From assembly GCA_965217195.1 (NCBI GenBank), contig CBDCHL010000003.1:1053260-1117259 (forward strand): a DNA stretch of 64,000 nt, in the 5' to 3' direction. Under the pieces are notes generated by a model that did not search any database, was not told where the DNA came from, and saw only the letters and a list, made by a program, of their open reading frames with translations. Positions within the stretch are counted from its first letter, which is position 1. Each line of letters opens with the position of its first letter. Origin of the DNA: Bryobacterales bacterium (GTDB lineage Bacteria; Acidobacteriota; Terriglobia; Bryobacterales; UBA6623). Made by a program: the position numbers and the translations under genes. Below, piece after piece: positions 1 through 8,176 of the stretch.

Positions 1-937
1 CGGCGACATCGTGTCCGTACCGTTTAACATCGCTTGCGGCCGCTGCCGCTGTTGTAAGGAACGCAAAACCGGCATCTGCCTGAGCGTCAACCCGGCCCGC
101 CCGGGCGCAGCCTACGGCTATGTCGACATGGGTGGCTGGGTCGGCGGACAAGCCGAGTACGTGATGGTCCCCTACGCGGACTTCAATCTGCTGAAGTTCC
201 CGGATAAGGACCAGGCCATGGCGAAGATCCGCGACCTGACCATGCTGTCCGACATTTTCCCGACCGGCTATCACGGTGCCGTGACGGCGGGCGTGACGAC
301 CGGCTCGACCGTTTATGTCGCCGGCGCGGGCCCGGTCGGGCTGGCCTCGGCGGCTTCGTGTCACTTGTTGGGCGCGGCGGTCGTCATCGTCGGCGACCTG
401 CAGGCGGACCGCCTGGCGCAAGCGCGCAGCTTCGGTTGTGAGACCGTTGACCTGAGCCAAGACGCGACGCTCGAAGACCAAATCGCCAACATCATCGGCG
501 AGCCGCTGGTCGACTGCGGCGTCGATTGCGTTGGCTTTGAGGCGCGCGGACACGGTGCCGACGCGGGCACAGAACATCCCGCGACGGTTCTCAACTCACT
601 CATGACCGTCACACGGGCCGGTGGGGCGCTGGGGATTCCCGGCCTCTACGTCACCGAAGACCCGGGCGGCGTCGACGAGTCGGCGAAGTTCGGGCGGCTG
701 GTTATCCGCATCGGGCTCGGCTGGGCGAAATCGCACGAGTTCACCACCGGTCAGTGCCCGGTGATGAAGTATCACCACGGGCTGATGATGGCGATCTTGC
801 ACGACAAGGTCAAGATTGCCGACGCGGTGAACGCTACGATCATCTCGCTCGACGATGCGCCGCAAGGCTACAAAGACTTCGATAAAGGCGCGGCCAAGAA
901 GTTCATCCTCGACCCGCACGGGATGGTGGCGGCGTAA
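1..937 (+). CDS. fdhA: Glutathione-independent formaldehyde dehydrogenase (Zn-dependent alcohol dehydrogenase superfamily); 5' end lies outside the window
   Basis: The frame is open from base 2 (GDIVSVPFN...) to TAA at 935-937. The ORF-track start at 11 is only an internal GTG. The product is nearly colinear with Pseudomonas-type FdhA as I remember it (CGRCRCCKE, YVDMGGWVGGQAEYVMVPYADFNLLKFP, GAGPVGL Rossmann loop, VGFEARGHG, KKFILDPH tail). Confidence 0.9.
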   Translation, partial: GDIVSVPFNIACGRCRCCKERKTGICLSVNPARPGAAYGYVDMGGWVGGQAEYVMVPYADFNLLKFPDKDQAMAKIRDLTMLSDIFPTGYHGAVTAGVTTGSTVYVAGAGPVGLASAASCHLLGAAVVIVGDLQADRLAQARSFGCETVDLSQDATLEDQIANIIGEPLVDCGVDCVGFEARGHGADAGTEHPATVLNSLMTVTRAGGALGIPGLYVTEDPGGVDESAKFGRLVIRIGLGWAKSHEFTTGQCPVMKYHHGLMMAILHDKVKIADAVNATIISLDDAPQGYKDFDKGAAKKFILDPHGMVAA

Positions 938-965
938 GTCCGTCTTTTGCGAATAGGTGTTATCG

Positions 966-1002
966 AGCCGGGTACGGACGACCGCCCCTACCCGGCTTTT
1001 TT
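966..1002 (+). terminator. Putative rho-independent terminator downstream of fdhA
   Basis: A 9-bp perfect stem, agccgggta (966-974) / tacccggct (989-997), with a 14-nt loop runs into a T6 tract (997-1002), 29 nt after the fdhA stop. Confidence 0.55.
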
Positions 1003-1382
1003 CTGGAAAGTGCAGCGTTTGCTTGAGTCTAAGCGCGGCGAGCCGGACTCTACATCCGGATATTCCGATGTTAATGCCGGCGCGGGGCGTGAGCCCCGCG
1101 GACCGCTTGCCTGACCCACCCTGTTGACTCGGGACCTTGGGTCCGTCGGACCCAAGCTCCCGCGTTGTGTGTTCTTGACGCTTCCCGGCGCTGTCGCCCC
1201 CGGGCCAACACCAACCAGCCAATCGCGGCCCGGCGAACGAAAGCGGGCAACAACAAGCTTTATGCCATCATGGAATTTGAGGGAGTTCTCGCTCCGCTTG
1301 ACGCCCCAACACCCGCAGTTTGCCTGCTTCCGCGCTTGATGCGGAACGAGGCGGCCTCGCGCGCTTTTCGCTCGCCTTCTCC

Positions 1383-2057
1383 ATGCCTCTCGACGCCATG
1401 CCCGACTACGCTCTGATGAACCAGCTCCTCTACGAGGGGAAAGCGCCCAAGGTCAAGGAGATGACGGAGCAGGCGCTGGCCGACGGTAGGGACGTGGACG
1501 AGGTCTTGCAAAACGGCCTGATCGCGGGAATGAGCGTCGTCGGCGAGGATTTCAAACACAACCGCCTGTACGTCCCGCAGGTTCTCGTCGCCGCGCGCGC
1601 CATGAAAGCCGGCATGGCGGTGCTCAAGCCGCTCCTAACGCAGTCCGGCGCAGGCACCTCGGCGGGAACGATCGTGATGGGTACGGTCAAGGGCGACCTG
1701 CACGACATCGGCAAGAACCTGGTCTGCATGATGGGCGAGGGTGCCGGGTTCAACATGGTCGATCTCGGCGTCGATCAATCCGCGGACAAATTCATCGCCG
1801 CGGCTCGTGAACACAAGGCCGACATCGTCGGCATGAGTGCGCTGCTAACCACGACGATGCCCTACATGAAGGTGGTCATCGATGCCTTCAAGCAAGAGGG
1901 GCTCGACAACGTCAAGTTGTGCGTAGGCGGCGCGCCGGTGAGCGAAATGTTCGCCGATGAAGTCGGGGCCGACGGCTACGGGGCCGACGCATCGAGCGCG
2001 ATCGACCTGTTCAAGGAACTGTGCGCGGTCGGGGAGCACGCCAAAACCGAACGGTAG
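1383..2057 (+). CDS. Cobalamin-binding corrinoid protein (B12-binding-2 cap plus B12-binding Rossmann domain, methyltransferase-cognate type)
   Basis: ORF 1320-2057; I prefer ATG 1383 (MPLDAMPDYALMNQLL). It carries the DxHxxG lower-ligand motif (GDLHDIGKN) and the SALLTTT and GGAP motifs of the B12-binding domain. An N-terminal helical cap is present (VDEVLQNGLIAGMSVVGEDF). Confidence 0.8.
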   Translation: MPLDAMPDYALMNQLLYEGKAPKVKEMTEQALADGRDVDEVLQNGLIAGMSVVGEDFKHNRLYVPQVLVAARAMKAGMAVLKPLLTQSGAGTSAGTIVMGTVKGDLHDIGKNLVCMMGEGAGFNMVDLGVDQSADKFIAAAREHKADIVGMSALLTTTMPYMKVVIDAFKQEGLDNVKLCVGGAPVSEMFADEVGADGYGADASSAIDLFKELCAVGEHAKTER

Positions 2058-2224
2058 CCGCGCGGGCGCACCCAATTCATGAACGCGGATACAGAGCCCA
2101 GAGCGCCAGCGACGGGTCCATCGCCAACAACCGCCACGCACTCTGGAACAGCGACTCCCCGAACCGTCGCGCATTTCGGCAATATACCGTGTCTGATCGA
2201 AACCGCCGTCCCCCGCGCGCCGGA

Positions 2225-3094
2225 TCAGCCCCCACCCCGTTCACCCGCCACGCAGAGCATGTTGTCGATCAAACGCGTTTCCCCCACCCAAACCGCTGTT
2301 GCCGCCCGAACGGGGCCCTGGATTGTCTTAACCGGCTGCATATCATCGGGGTCGACGATCTCGAAATATTCGACCCTCGCTCCCGAGTACTTCCGAAACT
2401 CTTCCCTCGCGATGCGAAGAACTTCCTCGGCGTTCCGCTCGCCCCCCTCAACTGCCTCTTTGGCCGCCGTCAGTGCCTGATAGAGGACGGCGGCCGTCTG
2501 GCGGTCTTCTGCGTTCAAGTGTTGGTTGCGGGAGCTCAGCGCCAGCCCGTCGGCTTCGCGCACGGTGGGAACCGAAACGATCTCGGTCGGGATATTGAGG
2601 TCCCTGACCATGCGCTTGATCACGGCCAATTGCTGAGCGTCTTTCTCACCGAAATAAGCTCGATCCGCCAGAGCGATGTTCAACAGCTTGGCAACGACTG
2701 TCGTTACGCCGCGAAAATGGCCCGGCCGGTACGGGCCGCAAAGATGATCAGTCAGGTGGGTGACCTCGACAAAGGTTCGTTCCCGGCCCGGATACATCTC
2801 CTCAGCAGAGGGAGCAAACAACACGTCGGCCGAGTGCTCCTCACACACGGCCAGGTCGTGCTCGATCGTTCTCGGGTAGCGCTTGAAATCGCCCTGCCGG
2901 CCAAACTGGGTAGGGTTCACGAAAAGCGTCACGATCACCATATCGCAGTCTTCGACGGCCTGATCGATCAATCGAATGTGGCCCGGGTGTAGGGCGCCCA
3001 TCGTGGGCACGAGCCCGATCGTTTTCTGCGAGCGCCGCGCGACGGCCACACGCGAACGAAGTTTTCCAATGGTGGAGATGAGTTGGACGCTCAT
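2225..3094 (-). CDS. panC: Pantoate--beta-alanine ligase
   Basis: 289 aa with PTMGALHPGH (HIGH-type motif), FVNPTQF, GEKDAQQL and SSRN motifs characteristic of PanC. ATG 3092-3094 overlaps the panB stop (ATGA). Confidence 0.95.
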   Translation of the reverse strand: MSVQLISTIGKLRSRVAVARRSQKTIGLVPTMGALHPGHIRLIDQAVEDCDMVIVTLFVNPTQFGRQGDFKRYPRTIEHDLAVCEEHSADVLFAPSAEEMYPGRERTFVEVTHLTDHLCGPYRPGHFRGVTTVVAKLLNIALADRAYFGEKDAQQLAVIKRMVRDLNIPTEIVSVPTVREADGLALSSRNQHLNAEDRQTAAVLYQALTAAKEAVEGGERNAEEVLRIAREEFRKYSGARVEYFEIVDPDDMQPVKTIQGPVRAATAVWVGETRLIDNMLCVAGERGGG

Positions 3095-3927
3095 GCGCCG
3101 CGTTTTCGGACGTCATTGACGGCGACCGGCTTGTCTTGCTCGGGAAAGCGGCCCTCCCGCACATCGTCGGCGTACTCAGCGGCGGCGGCCGTGATTTCGC
3201 GCCCCAGCTGAGCATATTGCTTGACGAAAGGCGGCACGAACCCGTCATAGAGGCCCAACGCGTCATGGCTGACCAACACCTGCCCGTCGCAATAGGGGCC
3301 CGCGCCGATTCCGATCGTCGGGATACGGAGCCGGCTCGTGACCTCGCGAGCCACTTCCTTCGGGATCGACTCGAGTACCACTGCGAATGCGCCGGCCTTT
3401 TCGAGCGCATGGGCGTCTTCCATCAGAGCTTCCGCCGCTTCCTCACTCCTCGCCTGTTTGCGAAAACCACCGAGCTGATGAACGGACTGCGGCAACAGTC
3501 CCAAATGCCCCATCACGGGGATGCCGACGTCCACCAAGCGCCGAACCACCTCGGTCACGGCCCGGCCGCCTTCCATCTTGACAGCCGAGGCCCCGCCCTC
3601 TTGAATCAAGCGCCCGGCGTTGCGCACGGCATCCTCGACGCTGACCTGAAACGTCATAAAAGGCATATCGGCGACGACCAGCGGCCGCGACGTTCCGCGC
3701 GTGACGGCCTTGGTGTGGTGCAAAATGTCGTCGAGCGTGACGGGAATGGTGGTGTCGTGTCCCAACACAACCATGCCGACCGTATCGCCAACTAATAGGA
3801 CGTCCACGCCGGCGCCATCAAGCAGCCGCGCCATTCCGGCGTCGTAGGCCGTCAGCATGACGATCTTCTTGCCGTGCCGTTTCATTTTCTTGAGGTCTGG
3901 GGCACGGACCTTTTTGAGTTCAGCCAT
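3091..3927 (-). CDS. panB: 3-methyl-2-oxobutanoate hydroxymethyltransferase
   Basis: 278 aa with MLTAYD, VGDTVGMVVLGHDTT, ADMPF and KMEGG motifs typical of PanB. It is translationally coupled to panC by a 4-nt overlap. Confidence 0.95.
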   Translation of the reverse strand: MAELKKVRAPDLKKMKRHGKKIVMLTAYDAGMARLLDGAGVDVLLVGDTVGMVVLGHDTTIPVTLDDILHHTKAVTRGTSRPLVVADMPFMTFQVSVEDAVRNAGRLIQEGGASAVKMEGGRAVTEVVRRLVDVGIPVMGHLGLLPQSVHQLGGFRKQARSEEAAEALMEDAHALEKAGAFAVVLESIPKEVAREVTSRLRIPTIGIGAGPYCDGQVLVSHDALGLYDGFVPPFVKQYAQLGREITAAAAEYADDVREGRFPEQDKPVAVNDVRKRGA

Positions 3928-4034
3928 GGAATTTTCTACCTATCAACATTGTCTCTAATTCCGCCGCCGTGGCTCCACTCAAGCCGCGTCGGCGCGCGAT
4001 TTCGAGCACTCGGCAGCTCGCGGCCGGAGTACTA

Positions 4035-4051
4035 TGAATTCCGCGGATTCA
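4035..4051. repeat. TGAAT-N7-ATTCA palindromic motif, copy 1
   Basis: tgaattccgcggattca, followed by tagaaac, lies 108 nt upstream of the panB start codon. Related copies are at 4318-4334 and 41052-41067. Confidence 0.4.
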
Positions 4052-4317
4052 TAGAAACGGACCCTCCGAAAATAGCCCCGGAATCTTCGCGATGCCGAAG
4101 CCTCGACGTGGCGTGAGCCTCCAGGCTTGCCGCGCCCCGAGTCATCGGGCGTTTCCCGGATCGCCCCCTTGCTAGATCTCGCGCATTCGGGGATACGAAC
4201 CGATGAATCGGTTCGCGGCAAGCGTGGGGGCTCGCGCCACGCCGCCACGGGGACGGCGAAAGTCCGTCGATCGCCATAATACGCCCCCTCGCCGACACCC
4301 ATTCTCGGCGGTATTTA

Positions 4318-4334
4318 CGAATCCCGCAAATTCA
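4318..4334. repeat. TGAAT-N7-ATTCA palindromic motif, copy 2 (CGAAT variant)
   Basis: cgaatcccgcaaattca, followed by cagaaac. Extended with flanks, it matches copy 1 at 20 of 26 positions in direct orientation by my alignment. It lies 92 nt downstream of the aminotransferase stop. Confidence 0.4.
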
Positions 4335-4425
4335 CAGAAACAGACTGCGCTAGACTGCGCCCTTTTTCGCGTAGCCGAACCTACACTACGGGCTGCTATG
4401 GCGTAGGGTCGGCGTTCGGCATACC

Positions 4426-5598
4426 TCAAGCGGCGTCGCCCGCCAGGTAGTCCAGCGCCGCTTGCACGCCGCCGCGAGAAAAAGGAACGCCGGCACAAGC
4501 GAGCCCCATCTCGACCGCGCCCAGCGTACCGGCCAGCATCGCTTCGTTGAAATCCCCCAGGTGACCGATGCGGAAAACGCGGCCTTTCAGCTTGCCAAGC
4601 CCCGCGCCGAGAGCCACGTTGTAGCGTTCAAAAACCAGCCGCCGGTAGGCGTCGGCGTCATGACCCTCGGGCATGAAAAGCGCGCTGACCGAATCGCTGT
4701 ACTGCCGCGGGTCGGCGCAGACCATCTCAAGCCCCCAAGAACGCGCGGCTCGGCGGGTTGCCTCAGCCAGCCGGCGGTGACGAGCGAAGACATTGTCGAG
4801 CCCTTCTTCGGCGAGCATGCGAAGCGCCTCACGCAACCCGAACAGCAAATTCGTCGCCGGCGTGTAGGGAAAATAATCCGCCTGGTTCGTGGTCAAAATC
4901 GCTTCCCAATTCCAATAGGATTTCGGCAGACCCGCTCCCTTGGCGGCCTTCAGCGCCTTTTCACTGACCGCGTTGAACGCGAGGCCGGGCGGCAACATCA
5001 AGCCCTTTTGCGAGCCGCAAATCGTCACGTCCACGCCCCACTCGTCGTGGCGCAGGTCGATGCAGGCCAACGACGAGATAGCGTCGACGAACAGCAGCGC
5101 CGAGTGCTCGGCGCGGTCGATGGCGCGGCGAACTTCCGCAATGTCGCTCGTCACCCCGGTCGAAGTCTCGTTGTGAACCGCCAGCACCGCGTGGATCTCT
5201 CCACCGGCGTCCTCGCGAAGTTTCGCCTCGACCACCGCCGGGTCCACGCCCCGCCTCCAATCGGTCTCGACGAAGTCGACCTCGAGCCCAAGCTCGATCG
5301 CCATATTCCGCCAGCCCGTCGCGAATTGCCCGGTCTCGAACGCCAGCACCTTGTCGCCCGCCGAAAGCGTGTTCACGAACGCGGCTTCCCAGGCCCCCGA
5401 GCCCGAGCCCGGGAAGACGATCACCGGGCCGCGCGTCTTAAAAACGTCTTTGAGGCCACCGAGGATCTCGCGAGTTAAGTCCTCAAATTCCGGTCCGCGG
5501 TGGTCGATCGTCGGAGCCGACATGGCGCGCAGAATCCGCCCCGGGATGTTCGTCGGGCCGGGGATTTGCAGAAAATGACGTCCGGGTTGTGTAGGCAT
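4426..5598 (-). CDS. Class-V pyridoxal-phosphate aminotransferase (serine--glyoxylate / alanine--glyoxylate type)
   Basis: The track ORF starts at TTG 5622; I prefer ATG 5596-5598 (MPTQPGRHFLQIPGPTNIP). Motifs are IPGPT near the N-terminus, HNETSTGV, and SQKGLMLPPGL (PLP lysine context), typical of the AGXT/SgaA family. Confidence 0.85.
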   Translation of the reverse strand: MPTQPGRHFLQIPGPTNIPGRILRAMSAPTIDHRGPEFEDLTREILGGLKDVFKTRGPVIVFPGSGSGAWEAAFVNTLSAGDKVLAFETGQFATGWRNMAIELGLEVDFVETDWRRGVDPAVVEAKLREDAGGEIHAVLAVHNETSTGVTSDIAEVRRAIDRAEHSALLFVDAISSLACIDLRHDEWGVDVTICGSQKGLMLPPGLAFNAVSEKALKAAKGAGLPKSYWNWEAILTTNQADYFPYTPATNLLFGLREALRMLAEEGLDNVFARHRRLAEATRRAARSWGLEMVCADPRQYSDSVSALFMPEGHDADAYRRLVFERYNVALGAGLGKLKGRVFRIGHLGDFNEAMLAGTLGAVEMGLACAGVPFSRGGVQAALDYLAGDAA

Positions 5599-5951
5599 AT
5601 CTTTCGAATCCAGCAGCTTCAAGGTTAGGGCGCCCGGGGCCGTGAGCCCGCGATAGATATGAATAATGAGCCCAGCTTACCGGGCTTTGGGTGGAATAGG
5701 CCGGTCTTTCCAGGGCCGGTTTGAACGTCTCGCCCCTCGGAAGCAGGCCGCCTCAACGGTCTTCCAAATTTCGGCTTTAGCCATTCTAACTGAGCTAAGA
5801 ATCGCCCGCGGATCGTTTTACCGCGCCAAACTCGTCGGTCTTGACTCTACCTTCTCCTTCACGGACGTGGATCAGGTGGTGGCCTCTACGTTAGGAAATG
5901 ACTCCGTCTCGCCGGTCGCCCAGCGAACTTCCATCAAGTCCACCCGCTCCC

Positions 5952-6800
5952 CTATCCGAGGAGTGCCATTGCCTGCTGCATGGCTTCGACCGTCTTCGAG
6001 CACGCTTGGTGGTCATCCATCGCGTTGAGTTCGGCGCTGAAAGGCTCGGCTCGAACAGGGCCGTCGTATCCGATTTCGATGAGACCTTCCAGAAAGGACT
6101 TCATATTGATCACGCCTGTTGAGACCGGTAAGGCTCGCTTGGAATCTTGCTGTTGTTCCTTAGGAATACCCTTTGGGGCATCGTTCAGATCACATGAGAC
6201 GACGTCATTGTTGTCAAGCGTCAGAATGTCTTGCTTCGACTCGTCGGACGTCCACCAATGCCAAGTGTCGAGCACGAAACCGACATTCGGCTTGTTGATT
6301 TCGGCGAGCAACTCCTTGGTTTCCGCCATGGTGTGCACGAAGGGGTATCTTCGGAGGGTCCACAGAGTTTTGGTCCCAACGTACTCGAGTCCCAAACGAA
6401 GCCCGTGGTCGCCTGCGACAGCGGCGGCTTCACGTAACCTGGCGGCGGTCTGCTTGAAGTTCTTGAGGTAGGTCAGTGAATCGTGGGTCGGCATCAGCCA
6501 GGTACCGACACGCGTTCCACCGGCGCGCTCGAGCGCATTCGCCAACCGCGGCCAGCTCTTCATGTCCTCGGCGAATTTCGCCTCGTCGTTTCGGAAGTCG
6601 ATGGGCAACCCCGCGGCCGCCCAGGCCAGCCCCTTTGCCTTCAGCTCGCCACGCAAATCGTCGTTCTCGCCGTCAGAAAGCGCAGCCAGCTGATTCGGGA
6701 ACGGTTGTACGGATTCAAAGCCGAAATAATGCGCTAACTCGATCGAGCGGCGCTGGTCGGCCTTGACGCCGATGCTGCCGGGCGTCATCGCGATCGTCAT
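5952..6800 (-). CDS. Sugar phosphate isomerase/epimerase (xylose-isomerase-like TIM barrel)
   Basis: LGLEYV, FVLDTWHWW and GYDGPVRAEPF are typical of the AP-endonuclease-2 / xylose-isomerase-like fold family. The track start at 6821 is TTG; ATG 6798-6800 is preferred but the start remains uncertain. Confidence 0.75.
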   Translation of the reverse strand: MTIAMTPGSIGVKADQRRSIELAHYFGFESVQPFPNQLAALSDGENDDLRGELKAKGLAWAAAGLPIDFRNDEAKFAEDMKSWPRLANALERAGGTRVGTWLMPTHDSLTYLKNFKQTAARLREAAAVAGDHGLRLGLEYVGTKTLWTLRRYPFVHTMAETKELLAEINKPNVGFVLDTWHWWTSDESKQDILTLDNNDVVSCDLNDAPKGIPKEQQQDSKRALPVSTGVINMKSFLEGLIEIGYDGPVRAEPFSAELNAMDDHQACSKTVEAMQQAMALLG

Positions 6801-7064
6801 TTTGCGTGGAGTCTCTGCCAAGGTAAACCTCCCGTTACTCGCTATGGGCGGTCCTCAGCGTATCAAGATCGGGCACTTTTCGAACGTCCGCACTTAAAGA
6901 TTGCCGCCCGCCGGGACGATTTTCTTGTTTGGACCCGCGCTGATGCGGGGATCCTTGGGTGCCGTTGCGCCTTCGCGCGCCGGAGCAATCGAGGCGCGGG
7001 ATCGCCGACGGTTCAGCGTCCCTGGGGTCATCGATCGCGGGAAACGTCTCAAACAAGAAAGACG

Positions 7065-8165
7065 ATGCAACCAACAGGACGAGATCTTTTTGGTTCCGCG
7101 CTCGAAGCGCGACAACAACGAGGCGCAGGATTAGGCGCAAGTCTTTTTCTGCACGCAGCAGGCGTAACCCTGCTTGTGGCGCTGCCGGCGGCGAAGGTCG
7201 AATTCTTGGGGGAACGGAGATCTGTCTTGATCGCGCAGCTACCCGAGCACAACGTCGTCGAGCTGGTCGCACCGCCCCGGCGGGCGCGGCCGAGGCCTAC
7301 GACGCTACCCAAGCCTCCCGGCGCCGCTCCGCCGAAGGCGCGGTTCGTCATGCCAATCCAGCCCGCGTCGCCTCGCCCGAATCCGCGGGCGATCGAAGTG
7401 CGGGCCCCGGAAATAGCGCTGTCCGCTCCCCGTCCAAACCCGCCGAAGCAAACACGCCCCGAGGTCCGGGCGCCCGCCCCGGCGGTTCGCACCGGCCTAC
7501 TCGTAGATATTCCGGAGGCGGCGCTTCACGAAGAACCGCCTCGCTTATCGGTCAGAGCAGGGAACTTCGCCGAGATTCGCATAGCCGATGACCAAACGCC
7601 ACGCGTGCGGACGCACCGACTCGACAGCTTCGCCGCCGTCGGTCTCGTGGCGGAGAACAACGATCCGCCCCGTCCCTCCCCTACCTCCACGGGAGCGGCA
7701 TTCGGCCGCACAAGCCTCGGGCGAACGCGCGAATTGGTCACGAACGGCGCGGTCAACGCCGGCAGCAACTTCGAGAAGGCCCGGGCCTCCACCGCGCTAG
7801 GGAAACGGGCGGAGATCCGCGGCGGCGGCTTTTCCCAGGTTCGCGCGGCGAAGGTCGACGCGCTACCGCCCGAACCGAACGTCCCCACTCCCCCCATCAC
7901 TCCGGTTCGCATTCTCGAAAAGCCGCGGCCCGCCTACACCGAACGCGCCCGCGACCTCCGCATTGAGGGAAACGTGTTGCTTGAGGTCGTCTTCAAGGCC
8001 TCCGCCGAGGTCGAGGTGCTGCGGGTCGTGCGTGGCTTGGAGGAAGGCCTCGACGGCAATGCGATACGCGCAGCTCAGAACATTCGCTTTGAACCGGCCC
8101 GACGCAATGGCGTGGCCACAGATGCCCGAGCGCTGGTCACGATTCAATTTCAACTTGCCTACTGA
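7065..8165 (+). CDS. TonB-family energy transducer
   Basis: It has an N-terminal membrane anchor (GASLFLHAAGVTLLVAL) and a long Pro-rich spacer (PPRRARPRPTTLPKPPGAAPPKA...). The C-terminal TonB domain reads PAYTERARDLRIEGNVLLEVVF...RFEPARRNGV...QFQL. Confidence 0.8.
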   Translation: MQPTGRDLFGSALEARQQRGAGLGASLFLHAAGVTLLVALPAAKVEFLGERRSVLIAQLPEHNVVELVAPPRRARPRPTTLPKPPGAAPPKARFVMPIQPASPRPNPRAIEVRAPEIALSAPRPNPPKQTRPEVRAPAPAVRTGLLVDIPEAALHEEPPRLSVRAGNFAEIRIADDQTPRVRTHRLDSFAAVGLVAENNDPPRPSPTSTGAAFGRTSLGRTRELVTNGAVNAGSNFEKARASTALGKRAEIRGGGFSQVRAAKVDALPPEPNVPTPPITPVRILEKPRPAYTERARDLRIEGNVLLEVVFKASAEVEVLRVVRGLEEGLDGNAIRAAQNIRFEPARRNGVATDARALVTIQFQLAY

Positions 8166-8176
8166 ACGGACTCGAC

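Noticed and set aside
1004-1382. Cobalamin riboswitch upstream of the corrinoid protein gene
   Set aside because: I could not find a B12-box-like core or the conserved GCCACTG-type element by eye. Only generic GC hairpins are present. A covariance-model scan would be decisive, so this is left as a check under the corrinoid finding.
2021-2992. 323-aa ORF on the plus strand
   Set aside because: It is antisense to panC, whose identity is unambiguous.
5700-5760. SRP/4.5S-RNA-like GGAAGCAGG segment
   Set aside because: Only a partial resemblance (cggaagcaggcc) to the conserved domain IV motif. The symmetric-loop context and complementary strand are absent.
5777-5798. tRNA-like D-arm sequence on the minus strand (ttagctcagttagaatggctaa)
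   Set aside because: The flanks cannot be folded into an acceptor stem, anticodon arm or a T-arm with a TTCRA loop at the proper spacing. It is only a 5-bp inverted repeat with a 12-nt loop.
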